From the sequence record ON529850.1: a stretch of 64,000 bases of DNA; one strand, written 5' to 3'. This document shows, piece by piece, positions 8,176 through 17,382 of the stretch; position 1 is the stretch's first letter; every line of letters starts with the position of its first letter. The translations under genes and the position numbers were made by a program. Under the pieces are notes generated by a model. It was not told the DNA's origin. It saw only the letters and a program-made list of their open reading frames with translations, and ran no database searches.

Positions 8176-8688
8176 ATGGTGGGGACCACCGTCTATACGC
8201 AATATGACGTCGACTATCTCCCGCAACCGAATCTGATCGATCTCGTCCTGTCCACCGACCAGGCGCCGGCGCACCTCACCCGCACCGCCTTCATGGTGCC
8301 GGTGACGCCGCAGGGAGTGATCCTGGCGAACAACCGTCGACGCGGCGTGGAGATTCCGGGCGGGCATGTCGAGCCGGGCGAAACGCTTGCGGGCGCGGCC
8401 TGGCGGGAGACGTTGGAGGAGACGGGCTGCTACGCCGACCTGGCCTATCCGATCGGCTACCTGCGGATGGTTTCGGAAGCCCTGGTCCCGCTCGACTGGC
8501 CCTACCCTCACCCGATCTCGTATCAGCAGTTCTTCGCCGGCCGCATCCACGCCAGGGAGGCGTATGCGCCGAACGACGAATGCCTGGCACCGGTGACGGT
8601 GCTGCGGGACGCCGTGGCGCAGCTGGAGAAACCCACGACGCGCTACTTTGTCGAAGCGGCTTTGCGGCGTATCTCGGCCCGACCCTGA
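8176..8688 (+). CDS. Nudix hydrolase
   Basis: Nudix box GGHVEPGETLAGAAWRETLEETG. Confidence 0.9.
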   Translation: MVGTTVYTQYDVDYLPQPNLIDLVLSTDQAPAHLTRTAFMVPVTPQGVILANNRRRGVEIPGGHVEPGETLAGAAWRETLEETGCYADLAYPIGYLRMVSEALVPLDWPYPHPISYQQFFAGRIHAREAYAPNDECLAPVTVLRDAVAQLEKPTTRYFVEAALRRISARP

Positions 8689-8693
8689 GGGTT

Positions 8694-8760
8694 TCGCTCG
8701 CGGCTTCGCGCTCGCGACCGGCTGCGCCGGCCGGACCTGCGGTCGGATCACTGACGTAAT
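8694..8760 (+). repeat. tri-hairpin dispersed repeat, copy 5
   Basis: flanks changed compensatorily (CGCTCG/CTCGCG); loops TTC/TGC/TGC. Confidence 0.8.
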
Positions 8761-8797
8761 CGGCGTTGCGGACCACCACCGTGCGCGCGAAACGCCG

Positions 8798-8824
8798 TTG
8801 CGACTCCCATCGCATTCCTTTACG
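8798..8824 (+). promoter_or_regulatory. boxed phage promoter (variant)
   Basis: TTGCGA-N9-CATTCCTTTACG. Confidence 0.6.
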
Positions 8825-8858
8825 ACGATGCGGGACACCCGCTGAAAGGACAGGACGA

Positions 8859-9080
8859 ATGGACGCCGTTGCACCGCCTCGATACTGGCACCCGAAACGC
8901 CCGCCGAGCCCCTTCTACGCCCCGGACGATTATCACGGTTGGGGCACGCCTGAAGAGGAAGAGGCTGACCTTAATCGGACGATTCGCCGGTGGCGGCAGG
9001 TCCACGCCGGCCTGTCGTTGCGCGATCGCATTCGACATTTCTTCAGTCATAGCGGCTGCTTCGTCGTGGAGAACCTCTGA
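8859..9080 (+). CDS. hypothetical protein
   Basis: SD AGGA; coupled. Confidence 0.7.
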   Translation: MDAVAPPRYWHPKRPPSPFYAPDDYHGWGTPEEEEADLNRTIRRWRQVHAGLSLRDRIRHFFSHSGCFVVENL

Positions 9081-9706
9081 TGGATACGAACAACTTCTTC
9101 GACGACACCACGCATGAAGGCGCTCTGCTGATGGAGGAATACTTCGTCGAGCAGGCCGCCCGACGCCGCCGCCTGGGCTACATCACGGCGGACTACGAGC
9201 GGTCTGAGCTGAAGCGCCTGCACGCGATGATCCTCGCCGCCTTTCCCGAAGAGGCGGACGCTCCGCGCTACGTCGCGCGGGAGCTCACCCGAGTAGAGGC
9301 CCAGATCGAACGCATCGGCGCTGCGGTCTGGGAGATGTTCCATGCTCGGCATGGGGGCGAGTTCGATCCTTCCAGCGACAGCATGGCGAACGCCATGACG
9401 ATGCAGGCGGCGGACCGCGCCTGGGCGATCGCGCAGGAACCCGAGGCGCCGTCACAGGCGCTGCTCGTCCAGCTGCATTCCGACATCAACACGCGGATGG
9501 TCTCCAACGACTGGCCGTTCCTGGACGAAGTCTGCGCCACCCGCGACCCGGTGCGCATGTCGGGGTCGGAGACCATGACCTATCTGCGCGCCCTCTACGT
9601 CGTCCGTGACCGACTACCCGCCTACGGCGATTTCCTCGCCCGGTCCAAGGCGGCGTTCAAACGACGCGGACGACCTGACAGTGTCTTCCGGGGGTTGGGA
9701 GAATGA
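9080..9706 (+). CDS. hypothetical protein
   Basis: 208-aa coupled ORF. Confidence 0.8.
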   Translation: MDTNNFFDDTTHEGALLMEEYFVEQAARRRRLGYITADYERSELKRLHAMILAAFPEEADAPRYVARELTRVEAQIERIGAAVWEMFHARHGGEFDPSSDSMANAMTMQAADRAWAIAQEPEAPSQALLVQLHSDINTRMVSNDWPFLDEVCATRDPVRMSGSETMTYLRALYVVRDRLPAYGDFLARSKAAFKRRGRPDSVFRGLGE

Positions 9707-9879
9707 TCCCCGGCGTCCCGACCGAACAAGACCTGCACCGGCAGTATCGCTGGCGCAAGGAAGACGCCCTGCACCTCCTGGAGATGGGGCGCATCACCCT
9801 GGTGCAGTATGACGCCCGGATGGAGACCGCCAAATCGCGTCTGCTGGACGGTCTTGAGGAGTTGAAGAAACACGGTTGA
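9703..9879 (+). CDS. small hypothetical protein (58 aa)
   Basis: ATGA overlap; hand-translated. Confidence 0.7.
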   Translation: MIPGVPTEQDLHRQYRWRKEDALHLLEMGRITLVQYDARMETAKSRLLDGLEELKKHG

Positions 9880-9902
9880 CACACCTGTAGCGTTTCTTTA
9901 CA
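9876..9902 (+). promoter_or_regulatory. boxed phage promoter
   Basis: TTGACA-N9-CGTTTCTTTACA. Confidence 0.8.
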
Positions 9903-9930
9903 ACCCTCTTGAACTGAAGAGGAGAACGAC

Positions 9931-10377
9931 ATGACGATCCTGATCTGGAGGGCTGATCACGCGAATGAAGCGGTCGGCTACGCCATGGGACCGGACGGCA
10001 CCACCAGCCATACGGTGTTCGACATCCAGCTGAGCGCCGGCAAGCTCGTGGTCTACGACTACGTCAACAGCTCGGCCTTCAAGACCGATCACCTGGTCTC
10101 GGTCGAGCAGGCCAAGATCGCCTGTGAGATTCGCTACCGGTGGTGGTTGGAACAGATGGGGTTGATCGCCCTGTCGGCGCTCGACGAAGAGCAGGTGGCG
10201 GAAAACATCTCGACCGGCTACTGGCGCACGCGGTTGCAGATCAACGACGGCGTGAAATTGAACGCCCGACGCCTGGACCGCGCGCTCACCTCTTTGATCG
10301 AAGCCGGTCGGATCGAGTTCAAGGTCAGCGTGATCGACGGCAAAAGCGAGCCGGTTTACCGGAGGCCGATGTCGTGA
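9931..10377 (+). CDS. hypothetical protein with C-terminal wHTH-like segment
   Basis: SD AAGGAG; LDRALTSLIEAGRIEFKV. Confidence 0.75.
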   Translation: MTILIWRADHANEAVGYAMGPDGTTSHTVFDIQLSAGKLVVYDYVNSSAFKTDHLVSVEQAKIACEIRYRWWLEQMGLIALSALDEEQVAENISTGYWRTRLQINDGVKLNARRLDRALTSLIEAGRIEFKVSVIDGKSEPVYRRPMS

Positions 10378-10820
10378 GTTCGGTGTTTTCCGGACGGATA
10401 CGTCCTCACGGCTCCAGCGGCATGTCGATCGACCGCAGCGGCGCCCGTTGCGAGATCGGGCTGGGGAACCTGACGATCGACCTCTCCGACGAACAGGCGC
10501 GGATGCTGCGCCGTGGCCTGGTGGCGCTTTACGGCCTGCCGGCAGAGTTCCAGTTCGCTCGTCGAGAGGTCGCCAAACCGCCGCGCCGTATGCCGATCGA
10601 GTCCCTTCCGCCTGAGGCGATGGAGGTGCTGAAGGTCGTGACTGATGAATGGACGGACGTGGCGATTTTATGCGCCCGCGCCGACCTGCCGCGACCGGAT
10701 GCAGCGGTTCGCGCCTTGCTGTCGCAGCTGGCGAACGCTCGCCTGATCGAACGCCGCAAAATCCCGACCAGCGCTCGCCGCGCCCCCGTCGCCCACTATC
10801 GGCTGGCGCCGGCCGACTGA
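10374..10820 (+). CDS. hypothetical protein with C-terminal wHTH
   Basis: GTGA overlap; VRALLSQLANARLIERRK..HYRL. Confidence 0.7.
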   Translation: MSSVFSGRIRPHGSSGMSIDRSGARCEIGLGNLTIDLSDEQARMLRRGLVALYGLPAEFQFARREVAKPPRRMPIESLPPEAMEVLKVVTDEWTDVAILCARADLPRPDAAVRALLSQLANARLIERRKIPTSARRAPVAHYRLAPAD

Positions 10821-10996
10821 TGGCGTGGATCGTCATCCAGTGCGTCGTCTGTGGTAAGAAGACCGCCAACGGCCGGCTGCCCCGTGAGGGGCGGCATAAG
10901 GGTGACGGCTCCGAACGGTATCCACGACGGCATCAAGGCCAGGACGGTAAGGTATGCCCAGGCGTGTTCGAACACGGCCTGTGGTTGGACCCCTAG
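10820..10996 (+). CDS. small Cys-containing protein
   Basis: CVVC ... H..C; coupled. Confidence 0.7.
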   Translation: MAWIVIQCVVCGKKTANGRLPREGRHKGDGSERYPRRHQGQDGKVCPGVFEHGLWLDP

Positions 10997-11009
10997 AACA
11001 GGAGAAGAC

Positions 11010-11147
11010 ATGAAGATCGACAAGAAGGCGCTGAAGAAGTTGGTCCGCAAGGAGGTCAAGCGGACGCTGCGTAAACGAAAGGCGCGCAAGGCGGCCGACA
11101 GGATTGGAGCCAGGGCGTCGCAAGGCCCGCACAGCTTCGATAAATGA
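11010..11147 (+). CDS. small highly basic protein
   Basis: SD AGGAG; 18 of 45 residues K/R. Confidence 0.7.
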   Translation: MKIDKKALKKLVRKEVKRTLRKRKARKAADRIGARASQGPHSFDK

Positions 11148-11180
11148 GAAAACGCCGGCTGGAGAACCAGCCGGGCGTTC
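11148..11180. terminator. intrinsic terminator between convergent operons
   Basis: AACGCC-GGCTGG-AGAA-CCAGCC-GGGCGTT. Confidence 0.7.
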
Positions 11181-11232
11181 TGCTTTGTCAGGTCTGAGGA
11201 ATAGCTCCCCACAACCGGTCATAACTGACCGG

Positions 11233-11922
11233 TTAAATCTTCCAGAACGACTCCCGGTCTTTCCGCGAATAGGAGAGCGTCTCCAGGTGTTCGTCCTGTC
11301 CCGCCGTCTTGCGGAAGTAGAACCGCGACTGTCGATTCGGACGCCAGGTCGCGGCGACCGGATAGACGACGCCCTGCTGCAAGAGGCCGGCGAATTCCTC
11401 AACCAGGTAGCGTTCATCCACGGCGAGATTGTCGAGGGGATGCGTCTGGCGCAGCAGCCGCACCCAGCGCTGGTGCGGGTCGAAGCGCGTCTCGCCCATG
11501 CCGTAGGTCGCCACCGCCTGGCGGAAGGTGTAGACGTCGTCCGGTTCGTCGAAGGTGTGCTCGCAGGCGTAGAAGCGGCCCTTCATCGTCACTACCCAGG
11601 CGATAGGGATGCCTGCGAGGTCCGTCTCGGCGACCGTCAGTCGACCATCCGCCACGGCCGCGTCCAGGAGGTTCCGCAGCTGGGGATCGTCCGCCCGCGC
11701 CGGCGTGGCGTTGATCAAGCTGGACATGGTGAGTGCGAGTTTCACCGCCGAACGGGGGCGGGAATCGTCATAGATCAGGGGGGTCCCGTTCATGGCGACT
11801 GCGCGCCACATGGACCCGTCCTCCATGACGGCGCTCTCCAGGTCCATGCCGACGGCCGGCGCCGCGCCTACGGCGGAGATCGCCAGGGCGGAGGCGATCA
11901 GGGTGCGACGGTTCATTTTCAT
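11233..11922 (-). CDS. putative Tat-exported protein
   Basis: MKMNRRTLIASALAISAVGAAPA twin-arginine-type signal; SD AAGGAG. Confidence 0.75.
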   Translation of the reverse strand: MKMNRRTLIASALAISAVGAAPAVGMDLESAVMEDGSMWRAVAMNGTPLIYDDSRPRSAVKLALTMSSLINATPARADDPQLRNLLDAAVADGRLTVAETDLAGIPIAWVVTMKGRFYACEHTFDEPDDVYTFRQAVATYGMGETRFDPHQRWVRLLRQTHPLDNLAVDERYLVEEFAGLLQQGVVYPVAATWRPNRQSRFYFRKTAGQDEHLETLSYSRKDRESFWKI

Positions 11923-11999
11923 CGGAATCTCCTTCACCGCTTTGTGAGCAAACCGTCAGTCGGTGTCAAGCTCCGCAACATGTAACAGCGGCTTACAGG

Positions 12000-12130
12000 T
12001 TGTAATTGCGAACGGCCGGGGAGTTGAACTCACCCGGCCGTCCCAGCGAATCGCTCATCACGCCCTAAGCCCGCCCCCGAGCTAGACATGATGTCGACTC
12101 CGCCTCAGTGGTTGAGACACCGCCACTGGA
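12000..12130 (-). ncRNA. candidate small RNA
   Basis: TTGACC-N17-CAATAT at 12164..12136; hairpin GGCCGGG-TGAGTTCAACTC-CCCGGCC; no clear terminator. Confidence 0.35.
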
Positions 12131-12167
12131 CCTACATATTGACGTAAATCCTAACAGTGGTCAAGGA

Positions 12168-12524
12168 TTAGGCGACGCGCCATTCCTTCGCCAGCGGGTG
12201 GGTTTCGCTCTCCGCCCGGCGGCCGACGATGAGGCCGTCACGCGACAATCTCCACAGAGCCTGACGCACCGAATGCGTGGGCCGGTCGATCACCTTCCTG
12301 ACCTGACGGGTCGTTCGCCAGGTGTGGTGCAGGGCGATCTCGTCATAGACTTCGCGGGCATAACGCGGCAGATCATCCAGCGCGGCCTGGCGAGCGGCCG
12401 TCGGCTGGGGTTGCGGGGACTTCGCCGGTTGCGGCTCAGCGGATTCGGAACGGCGATAGGCATGGGAGACGGCGAGCACTCCCAGTCCGACGACGCCGAT
12501 GGCGAGGAGATTGAAAGCACGCAT
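12168..12524 (-). CDS. N-terminal TM, C-terminal winged-helix protein
   Basis: LLAIGVVGLGVLAV; TTRQVRKVIDRPTHSVRQALWRLSRDGLIVG. Confidence 0.7.
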   Translation of the reverse strand: MRAFNLLAIGVVGLGVLAVSHAYRRSESAEPQPAKSPQPQPTAARQAALDDLPRYAREVYDEIALHHTWRTTRQVRKVIDRPTHSVRQALWRLSRDGLIVGRRAESETHPLAKEWRVA

Positions 12525-12561
12525 CCGTAAAAAGCCTTTCCTGTGTTGAGCTTGAGGATGT

Positions 12562-12587
12562 TGTAAAGGAATGGAGGAGGCTGTCAA
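12562..12587 (-). promoter_or_regulatory. boxed phage promoter
   Basis: TTGACA-N8-CATTCCTTTACA. Confidence 0.75.
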
Positions 12588-12862
12588 CCCCGGCGTGCGA
12601 TTTCTCGCCCACTGACGACCTGAACGGCGCCGCAGGTGCAGTGGGTCGCCTGGATACGCGCATGTTTCGCCTGATGATGCCGGCGCAAGGCGTCGCCGCC
12701 ATAGATGGACAGGCCGACGATCCCCAGGATGACGCAGGGCAGCATGCCGCCGAACGGCCCGAGGTGCTTGCCGGCCTCGAACGACGCCCAGGCGATCAGT
12801 GGGAAGATGACCATGATGGCGGAGGCGAGGAGAAGGCCGGGGCGGGCTTCTTTAGGCAGCAT
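12584..12862 (-). CDS. membrane protein with C-terminal CxC
   Basis: two TM segments. Confidence 0.7.
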   Translation of the reverse strand: MLPKEARPGLLLASAIMVIFPLIAWASFEAGKHLGPFGGMLPCVILGIVGLSIYGGDALRRHHQAKHARIQATHCTCGAVQVVSGREIARRG

Positions 12863-13244
12863 CGTCGGGGACTTTCGAAAGGGTGTTGAAGAGCCGAATC
12901 AGGCGGGAGACGTAGACCTGTCCGAAGCTGTGATAGGTGTAGAAGAGGGAAGGGTGTCCGAAACATTCGTCGTTCCGGCCGACCTGATTCCTTGCCGCTC
13001 TCTCCGTCGCGTCGTGCGGCATGATGCAGCCGTTCGCCGCCGTGTGCAGGGCGCCGACGCAATAGGCGGTCTGAGGATCGTCGGGGCCGTGGTCGCGCAG
13101 GTGGCATGAGGGGACCTGGTTGTCCTGGACGACGTCGGCATACCATTCCGGCGTGTGCCCGCCCAGGTAGCCTTGCAGGCTGTCCTTGCGCCAGGGACAT
13201 TCACGACAGGGCGTCTTGTGGTGCAGCTGCCGGCGATCGTTCAC
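12852..13244 (-). CDS. Cys-rich protein, DUF6283-like
   Basis: PCRECPWRKD..G; SCH; YCVGAL pattern recalled, not searched. Confidence 0.65.
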   Translation of the reverse strand: MNDRRQLHHKTPCRECPWRKDSLQGYLGGHTPEWYADVVQDNQVPSCHLRDHGPDDPQTAYCVGALHTAANGCIMPHDATERAARNQVGRNDECFGHPSLFYTYHSFGQVYVSRLIRLFNTLSKVPDDAA

Positions 13245-13426
13245 GAATATTCACCCATCTGGAACGGACTCCCCTCAACGTCGACCAAGGGGTGAACGTC
13301 TTGGTCGTGATGCAGCCAGTGGTCGGCGCCCAACTGAGCCAGTTTCGCCGCTTCCTCCGGCGACGTCGCCTCGACCTCGACGGTGTCCTGGTAGGTGATG
13401 TTCAATTTCACAGAGTAACGGGGCAT
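13241..13426 (-). CDS. DpnD/PcfM-like small protein
   Basis: YSVKLNITYQDTVEVEATSPEEA. Confidence 0.7.
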   Translation of the reverse strand: MPRYSVKLNITYQDTVEVEATSPEEAAKLAQLGADHWLHHDQDVHPLVDVEGSPFQMGEYS

Positions 13427-13427
13427 T

Positions 13428-13643
13428 TCAGTCCTTGGTAAAGTAGCGTTCCCGACTGCTCGGATAGAGGTCATCCACGACCGCGCTGAGGATGTCTCGC
13501 AAGTCCGATGTAGAGCAGGACGTCATGAGAGCGCGGCGAAGATTGCGGCCGATCAACACCCGCCGTATTTCCTGCTTACCGCCTGCACCGCGCTCCCATA
13601 GTTCGATGATCTCTGCCATGGTAGGCGGTTGATAGCGGCCCAT
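13428..13643 (-). CDS. hypothetical protein
   Basis: coupled ORF. Confidence 0.7.
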   Translation of the reverse strand: MGRYQPPTMAEIIELWERGAGGKQEIRRVLIGRNLRRALMTSCSTSDLRDILSAVVDDLYPSSRERYFTKD

Positions 13644-13885
13644 TACGCCTCACCTCTCGGCTTGGCGGTGAACACCACCTTCATCTCCTTACACCAACCC
13701 CGGCCTGTAATCAGGGCGACCGCCAGTTCGCGTCGGGGCAGGTCCGCGAGAACGCACCGCTCCACCTCGACCTCGATCCCTGCATAATTCGCCCAGTCCC
13801 GCGCCTCGGCTATGGCTTTTGCCTTCGTCGTATAGGCGATCGGCCCGTCGTCACCATCTGGCAATGTATAGATCACACCCGCCAT
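13643..13885 (-). CDS. hypothetical protein
   Basis: coupled ORF. Confidence 0.75.
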   Translation of the reverse strand: MAGVIYTLPDGDDGPIAYTTKAKAIAEARDWANYAGIEVEVERCVLADLPRRELAVALITGRGWCKEMKVVFTAKPRGEA

Positions 13886-14391
13886 CAGTTTACCCCTTCT
13901 CCGAGAGCCTTGCGGATGAACGCGACGTCGCTTTGATCCGTGCCGGGGAAGGCGCGGATCGTGAGATCAGCTTGGACCAAGGCTTCGCGTAGGGCCTCGT
14001 TTTGCTCCGCAGCGTCCTCATAGAGCGGACGCCATTGCGCCGGCGTGGCGATCCGCGCGAACTCCGCGCCGAACGCATACCAGTTACGGACGACCCCACC
14101 GCCGATCCACCGATCCGTTTCGAATCGCATCAGGGCGCCGACGGGGACCTCATTCACCACGCCGGGCCGGTTGAACCTGACCAGGAGGGGCGTCTGCGAC
14201 GGCGTATCCAGGCCGACATCGCGCCAGCTCACGGGCGTCAATGCTTCGCGACCGTCGTGGATGGCGTTCGCCAGCCGCACGCATAGGGACTGCGCCGGCA
14301 GGCTGTCCTGGGGCCAGGCCTCGGCCAGGTCCGACATCACCGCAACCGCTTCCTGCAACGCCGTGCGGACGTCCTTGATCGGCCGGTTCAT
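13885..14391 (-). CDS. hypothetical protein
   Basis: ATGA overlap start. Confidence 0.75.
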   Translation of the reverse strand: MNRPIKDVRTALQEAVAVMSDLAEAWPQDSLPAQSLCVRLANAIHDGREALTPVSWRDVGLDTPSQTPLLVRFNRPGVVNEVPVGALMRFETDRWIGGGVVRNWYAFGAEFARIATPAQWRPLYEDAAEQNEALREALVQADLTIRAFPGTDQSDVAFIRKALGEGVN

Positions 14392-14921
14392 GGGTTTTCC
14401 TCCAGGATGGTGCAGCGCCCGCATTTGCGTGTCGACCAGGAGGGGTCGCACTCGCAGTCCATCGCCTCGACCCGGCCCAAGGCCCAGGCCAGTTTGGTTT
14501 CCAGGATGCTGGAACGCAGTTCGGCGGCCTGAGCCGCGACCTCCTCGTCACGGGCGCGGTCGATCGCCTGGTGCATCCGCGTTTTCGCGCGTTCCTTTTC
14601 GCTCCGCAGGGTATCGGCTTCCGCCAGAATCCGCAGAACGACCGACGGCTTCAGCGCTGCGATGAAGGCGGCGTCGCGGTCGACCTGGCCGCCATAGGAG
14701 GCCAAGACAGCTGCGATCGGATCGATTCCACCCTGCTGCGTCCAGGATGACACGCCGCATCTCCAGATGCCACGGGCGGTGTCGGCGTCCCATTCCGGAC
14801 TGGCTTCACGGGCCAACCGCGCCAGTTCGGAGCGTTCGTCGGCGGCTTGCCCACAAACCGCGCACGGGTTGTTCTCCGGCGCCGGTCGGCCTTCACACGC
14901 CACGCATATTTGTCGGTTCAC
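14388..14921 (-). CDS. Ead/Ea22-like motif protein with Cys clusters
   Basis: DAAFIAALKPSVVLRILAE; CxxC at both ends. Confidence 0.7.
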   Translation of the reverse strand: MNRQICVACEGRPAPENNPCAVCGQAADERSELARLAREASPEWDADTARGIWRCGVSSWTQQGGIDPIAAVLASYGGQVDRDAAFIAALKPSVVLRILAEADTLRSEKERAKTRMHQAIDRARDEEVAAQAAELRSSILETKLAWALGRVEAMDCECDPSWSTRKCGRCTILEENP

Positions 14922-15709
14922 GTCATGTCTCTAGGGTTATTGGCCTGTTGGATGGCGGCGAGGGCCTGATCGATCAGCGGGCCGATCTGGCGGCACATTT
15001 CCTGCGCCCGCCAGCCGTCGCAGCCCGCCTTATCCGCCCCTCTCATCGCCTGGGATCGGGCGACGAGCAGGGCTTCCATGGCGGCTCCCAGCGCCTTCTC
15101 AGGCCCGGACGAAGTCGCCTTATGCTGTATAGGTCCGGCGCGGCGCAGGCCGTAGAGATAGGGCCGTTCCGAGGCGTCTTCGTTCCACTCCCGTCGCTCG
15201 TCTTCCGACAGGTCTGACCACGGTTTGGTGCTGTTCTGCGCGCTAGAGGCGTTGTCGTTGTGATCGCGCATGCGTTCGTAAGCGCGCTGTCCGAGCGTTT
15301 TCCCGGCGCCGCTCATCGGCGGCATGACCGACAGGTCGATCAGCTTGAACCAGCCGTCCGCATTGATGTTGCAGGACCACCGACCGCAGGGCTTGTCCTG
15401 GGTCTTGTAGTCGAGGACGGTTCCGCCCAAACCAGTCGCGATATGCTTCGCCAGGTCGAAAGGCGACACGGCGTCCGCCACCCACGGCACGGCGATCAGG
15501 TCCAGATCACGTTCCAGCGTGCCGTGAACCCCGACGGCGTATCCGACCTCACGCGCCAGGGCTCGGATGCGGTTCACGTCCGGGGTCTCAGGCCATTCCC
15601 AGCCGTCCGCCGGCCGGGTCAGGGCGGTCCCGCATTTCGGGCATGGATCGACCGCGCGCGGCGAGTTGCAGGTGAGGCAGGCCCAGGCCACTGAAGGGCT
15701 GTCCGTCAT
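14918..15709 (-). CDS. hypothetical protein, N-terminal Zn ribbon
   Basis: CLTC..CPKC; coupled. Confidence 0.75.
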   Translation of the reverse strand: MTDSPSVAWACLTCNSPRAVDPCPKCGTALTRPADGWEWPETPDVNRIRALAREVGYAVGVHGTLERDLDLIAVPWVADAVSPFDLAKHIATGLGGTVLDYKTQDKPCGRWSCNINADGWFKLIDLSVMPPMSGAGKTLGQRAYERMRDHNDNASSAQNSTKPWSDLSEDERREWNEDASERPYLYGLRRAGPIQHKATSSGPEKALGAAMEALLVARSQAMRGADKAGCDGWRAQEMCRQIGPLIDQALAAIQQANNPRDMT

Positions 15710-16431
15710 TTTCGGTCGCTTTCTTTAGGCTCCTGGGCGCCTTCGATGATCTCGAAAATCAAGTCGGTGGCCTTGACGGCCTGTTCGGAAGATTCGCCGT
15801 AGCGATTCCAAATCAGCCGCCAAACCGCCTGCTTGGTGTCGCTCCATGGCGCCTGGCTCGTCTTGAAGGAATCACCGGCGTTCAGCCGCATTTCCAGCGC
15901 GCAGTAGGCGCTCCACAACTTACGCAGGACTTCGGCGTGCTCGCGCGAAATGGTCGCGGCGTTGTAGGTGCCGAAGACTTCGACTTCAAGGTCCCAGTCG
16001 TCGGGCAGGGGTTCCGGAGAGACGGGGACGGCGCGAAGTGCGGCGTCCTTGGCGTCCAGCCAGGCCCTCCGCGCCTGACCTTTCGCGCCGTTCGCTCCAC
16101 CACGATCCGCCGGCAGGGCGTCGTAGACTTCGAACAAACGCAGCGCCTTGATCGCCAGGGAATCGTCATGCCCGTCGCGGGCGGCGGCATCCCGCAGCAG
16201 CGGTTCGATGCCGGCCGGCGTGGTGCAGCCCCAGGCGAAGACGGCGACACGCGTCTTGCCGTCGGAGTCGATCAGCCAGACCGGTTCGTTTTCCAGGGCG
16301 TCGTTCAGGAGCGCACCGTGGAAATGCGCCACAGCGAGGTCAATCGTCGAAAAGACGAGGCGGCCGTCTTCGTCGTCGCCGTATTGGATGAACAGCGAGC
16401 CGGCGGGCGCGTTTTTCCAGGCGGCGGTCAT
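15706..16431 (-). CDS. hypothetical protein
   Basis: ATGA overlap start MTAAWK. Confidence 0.75.
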   Translation of the reverse strand: MTAAWKNAPAGSLFIQYGDDEDGRLVFSTIDLAVAHFHGALLNDALENEPVWLIDSDGKTRVAVFAWGCTTPAGIEPLLRDAAARDGHDDSLAIKALRLFEVYDALPADRGGANGAKGQARRAWLDAKDAALRAVPVSPEPLPDDWDLEVEVFGTYNAATISREHAEVLRKLWSAYCALEMRLNAGDSFKTSQAPWSDTKQAVWRLIWNRYGESSEQAVKATDLIFEIIEGAQEPKESDRK

Positions 16432-17273
16432 GCAGCTTCTCCCGGTTGGTTCACGATCAGTTGGGGGCGCAGCGCTTTCAGCAGCCCCAGCGCCTCGGTG
16501 GCGTATTGACTGATCTGATTGCGGTCCATCGACCGCTCTCCGGTTTGCAGGAGGATACCGGCGACCGCCACCACCACATCGGTGAGCGTTTCGTTGTCGT
16601 CCTCGACCACCGGCGCCGACTGAGCCGCCGCCTTGATCAGCTCCACCGAGCGCACGGCGTTGTCCAGCGCGACCGAGGCCAGATGATGGGCGTCCGGCGT
16701 CCATTCGTCACGCAGTCCGTGGTCGAGCCATTTCAGGGCTTCCGCCAGATTCGCCGTCATCGCGTCGGGCACATTGATGCGCATCGCCAGGAGACCGGAC
16801 ACCACCGTGGTGAAGTCGGCGCGCAGGCGCGCGAACTCCCCGGCGTCCCACGTCCAGTCGTGACCGTCGATACAGTCGCTGACCTGATCGCCGATCTCCG
16901 AGACCACCGCCTGGTCGATCAGTTCGATCAACGCCGTCGACGGTTTGCTGGTGCTCAGGATGGTGTTGAGGTCGACCTGATGGTCGGCGAACGAACGGCT
17001 GTAGCCGCCGCGCACTGCGTCCTGGGTCAGGCGATTGATGGCCCGGCCGTATTCCGAATAGTCGCGCAGCTTCATCTGGAAGGGCGCATCACAAGGGTCC
17101 TCGAAGATCGCCCCCGTCTTGATTCCATACCACTGGTAGAGGTCGGTGCCGACGTAGCGCATCAGGCGCAGTTCTCTGTAACCGACCTTGGGCATCGGAT
17201 TGACCGCCATCGATTCCATGTCGGGGACATGCACCATCGGGGCGTGGTCGGGGTGATCGTATTTCGTGTCCAA
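16428..17273 (-). CDS. hypothetical protein
   Basis: TTG start, SD GGAGG, after boxed promoter. Confidence 0.8.
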   Translation of the reverse strand: MDTKYDHPDHAPMVHVPDMESMAVNPMPKVGYRELRLMRYVGTDLYQWYGIKTGAIFEDPCDAPFQMKLRDYSEYGRAINRLTQDAVRGGYSRSFADHQVDLNTILSTSKPSTALIELIDQAVVSEIGDQVSDCIDGHDWTWDAGEFARLRADFTTVVSGLLAMRINVPDAMTANLAEALKWLDHGLRDEWTPDAHHLASVALDNAVRSVELIKAAAQSAPVVEDDNETLTDVVVAVAGILLQTGERSMDRNQISQYATEALGLLKALRPQLIVNQPGEAA

Positions 17274-17302
17274 GGCGGTCCTCCGTGTTGCGTCTTCGCG
17301 GT

Positions 17303-17328
17303 TGTAAAGGAACGAAAGCGCATGTCAA
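17303..17328 (-). promoter_or_regulatory. boxed phage promoter
   Basis: TTGACA-N8-CGTTCCTTTACA. Confidence 0.8.
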
Positions 17329-17382
17329 CCGGAAAATGACCGGCATTGATTGACAAGAAATCAGGCGATGGTAGAGACGATT

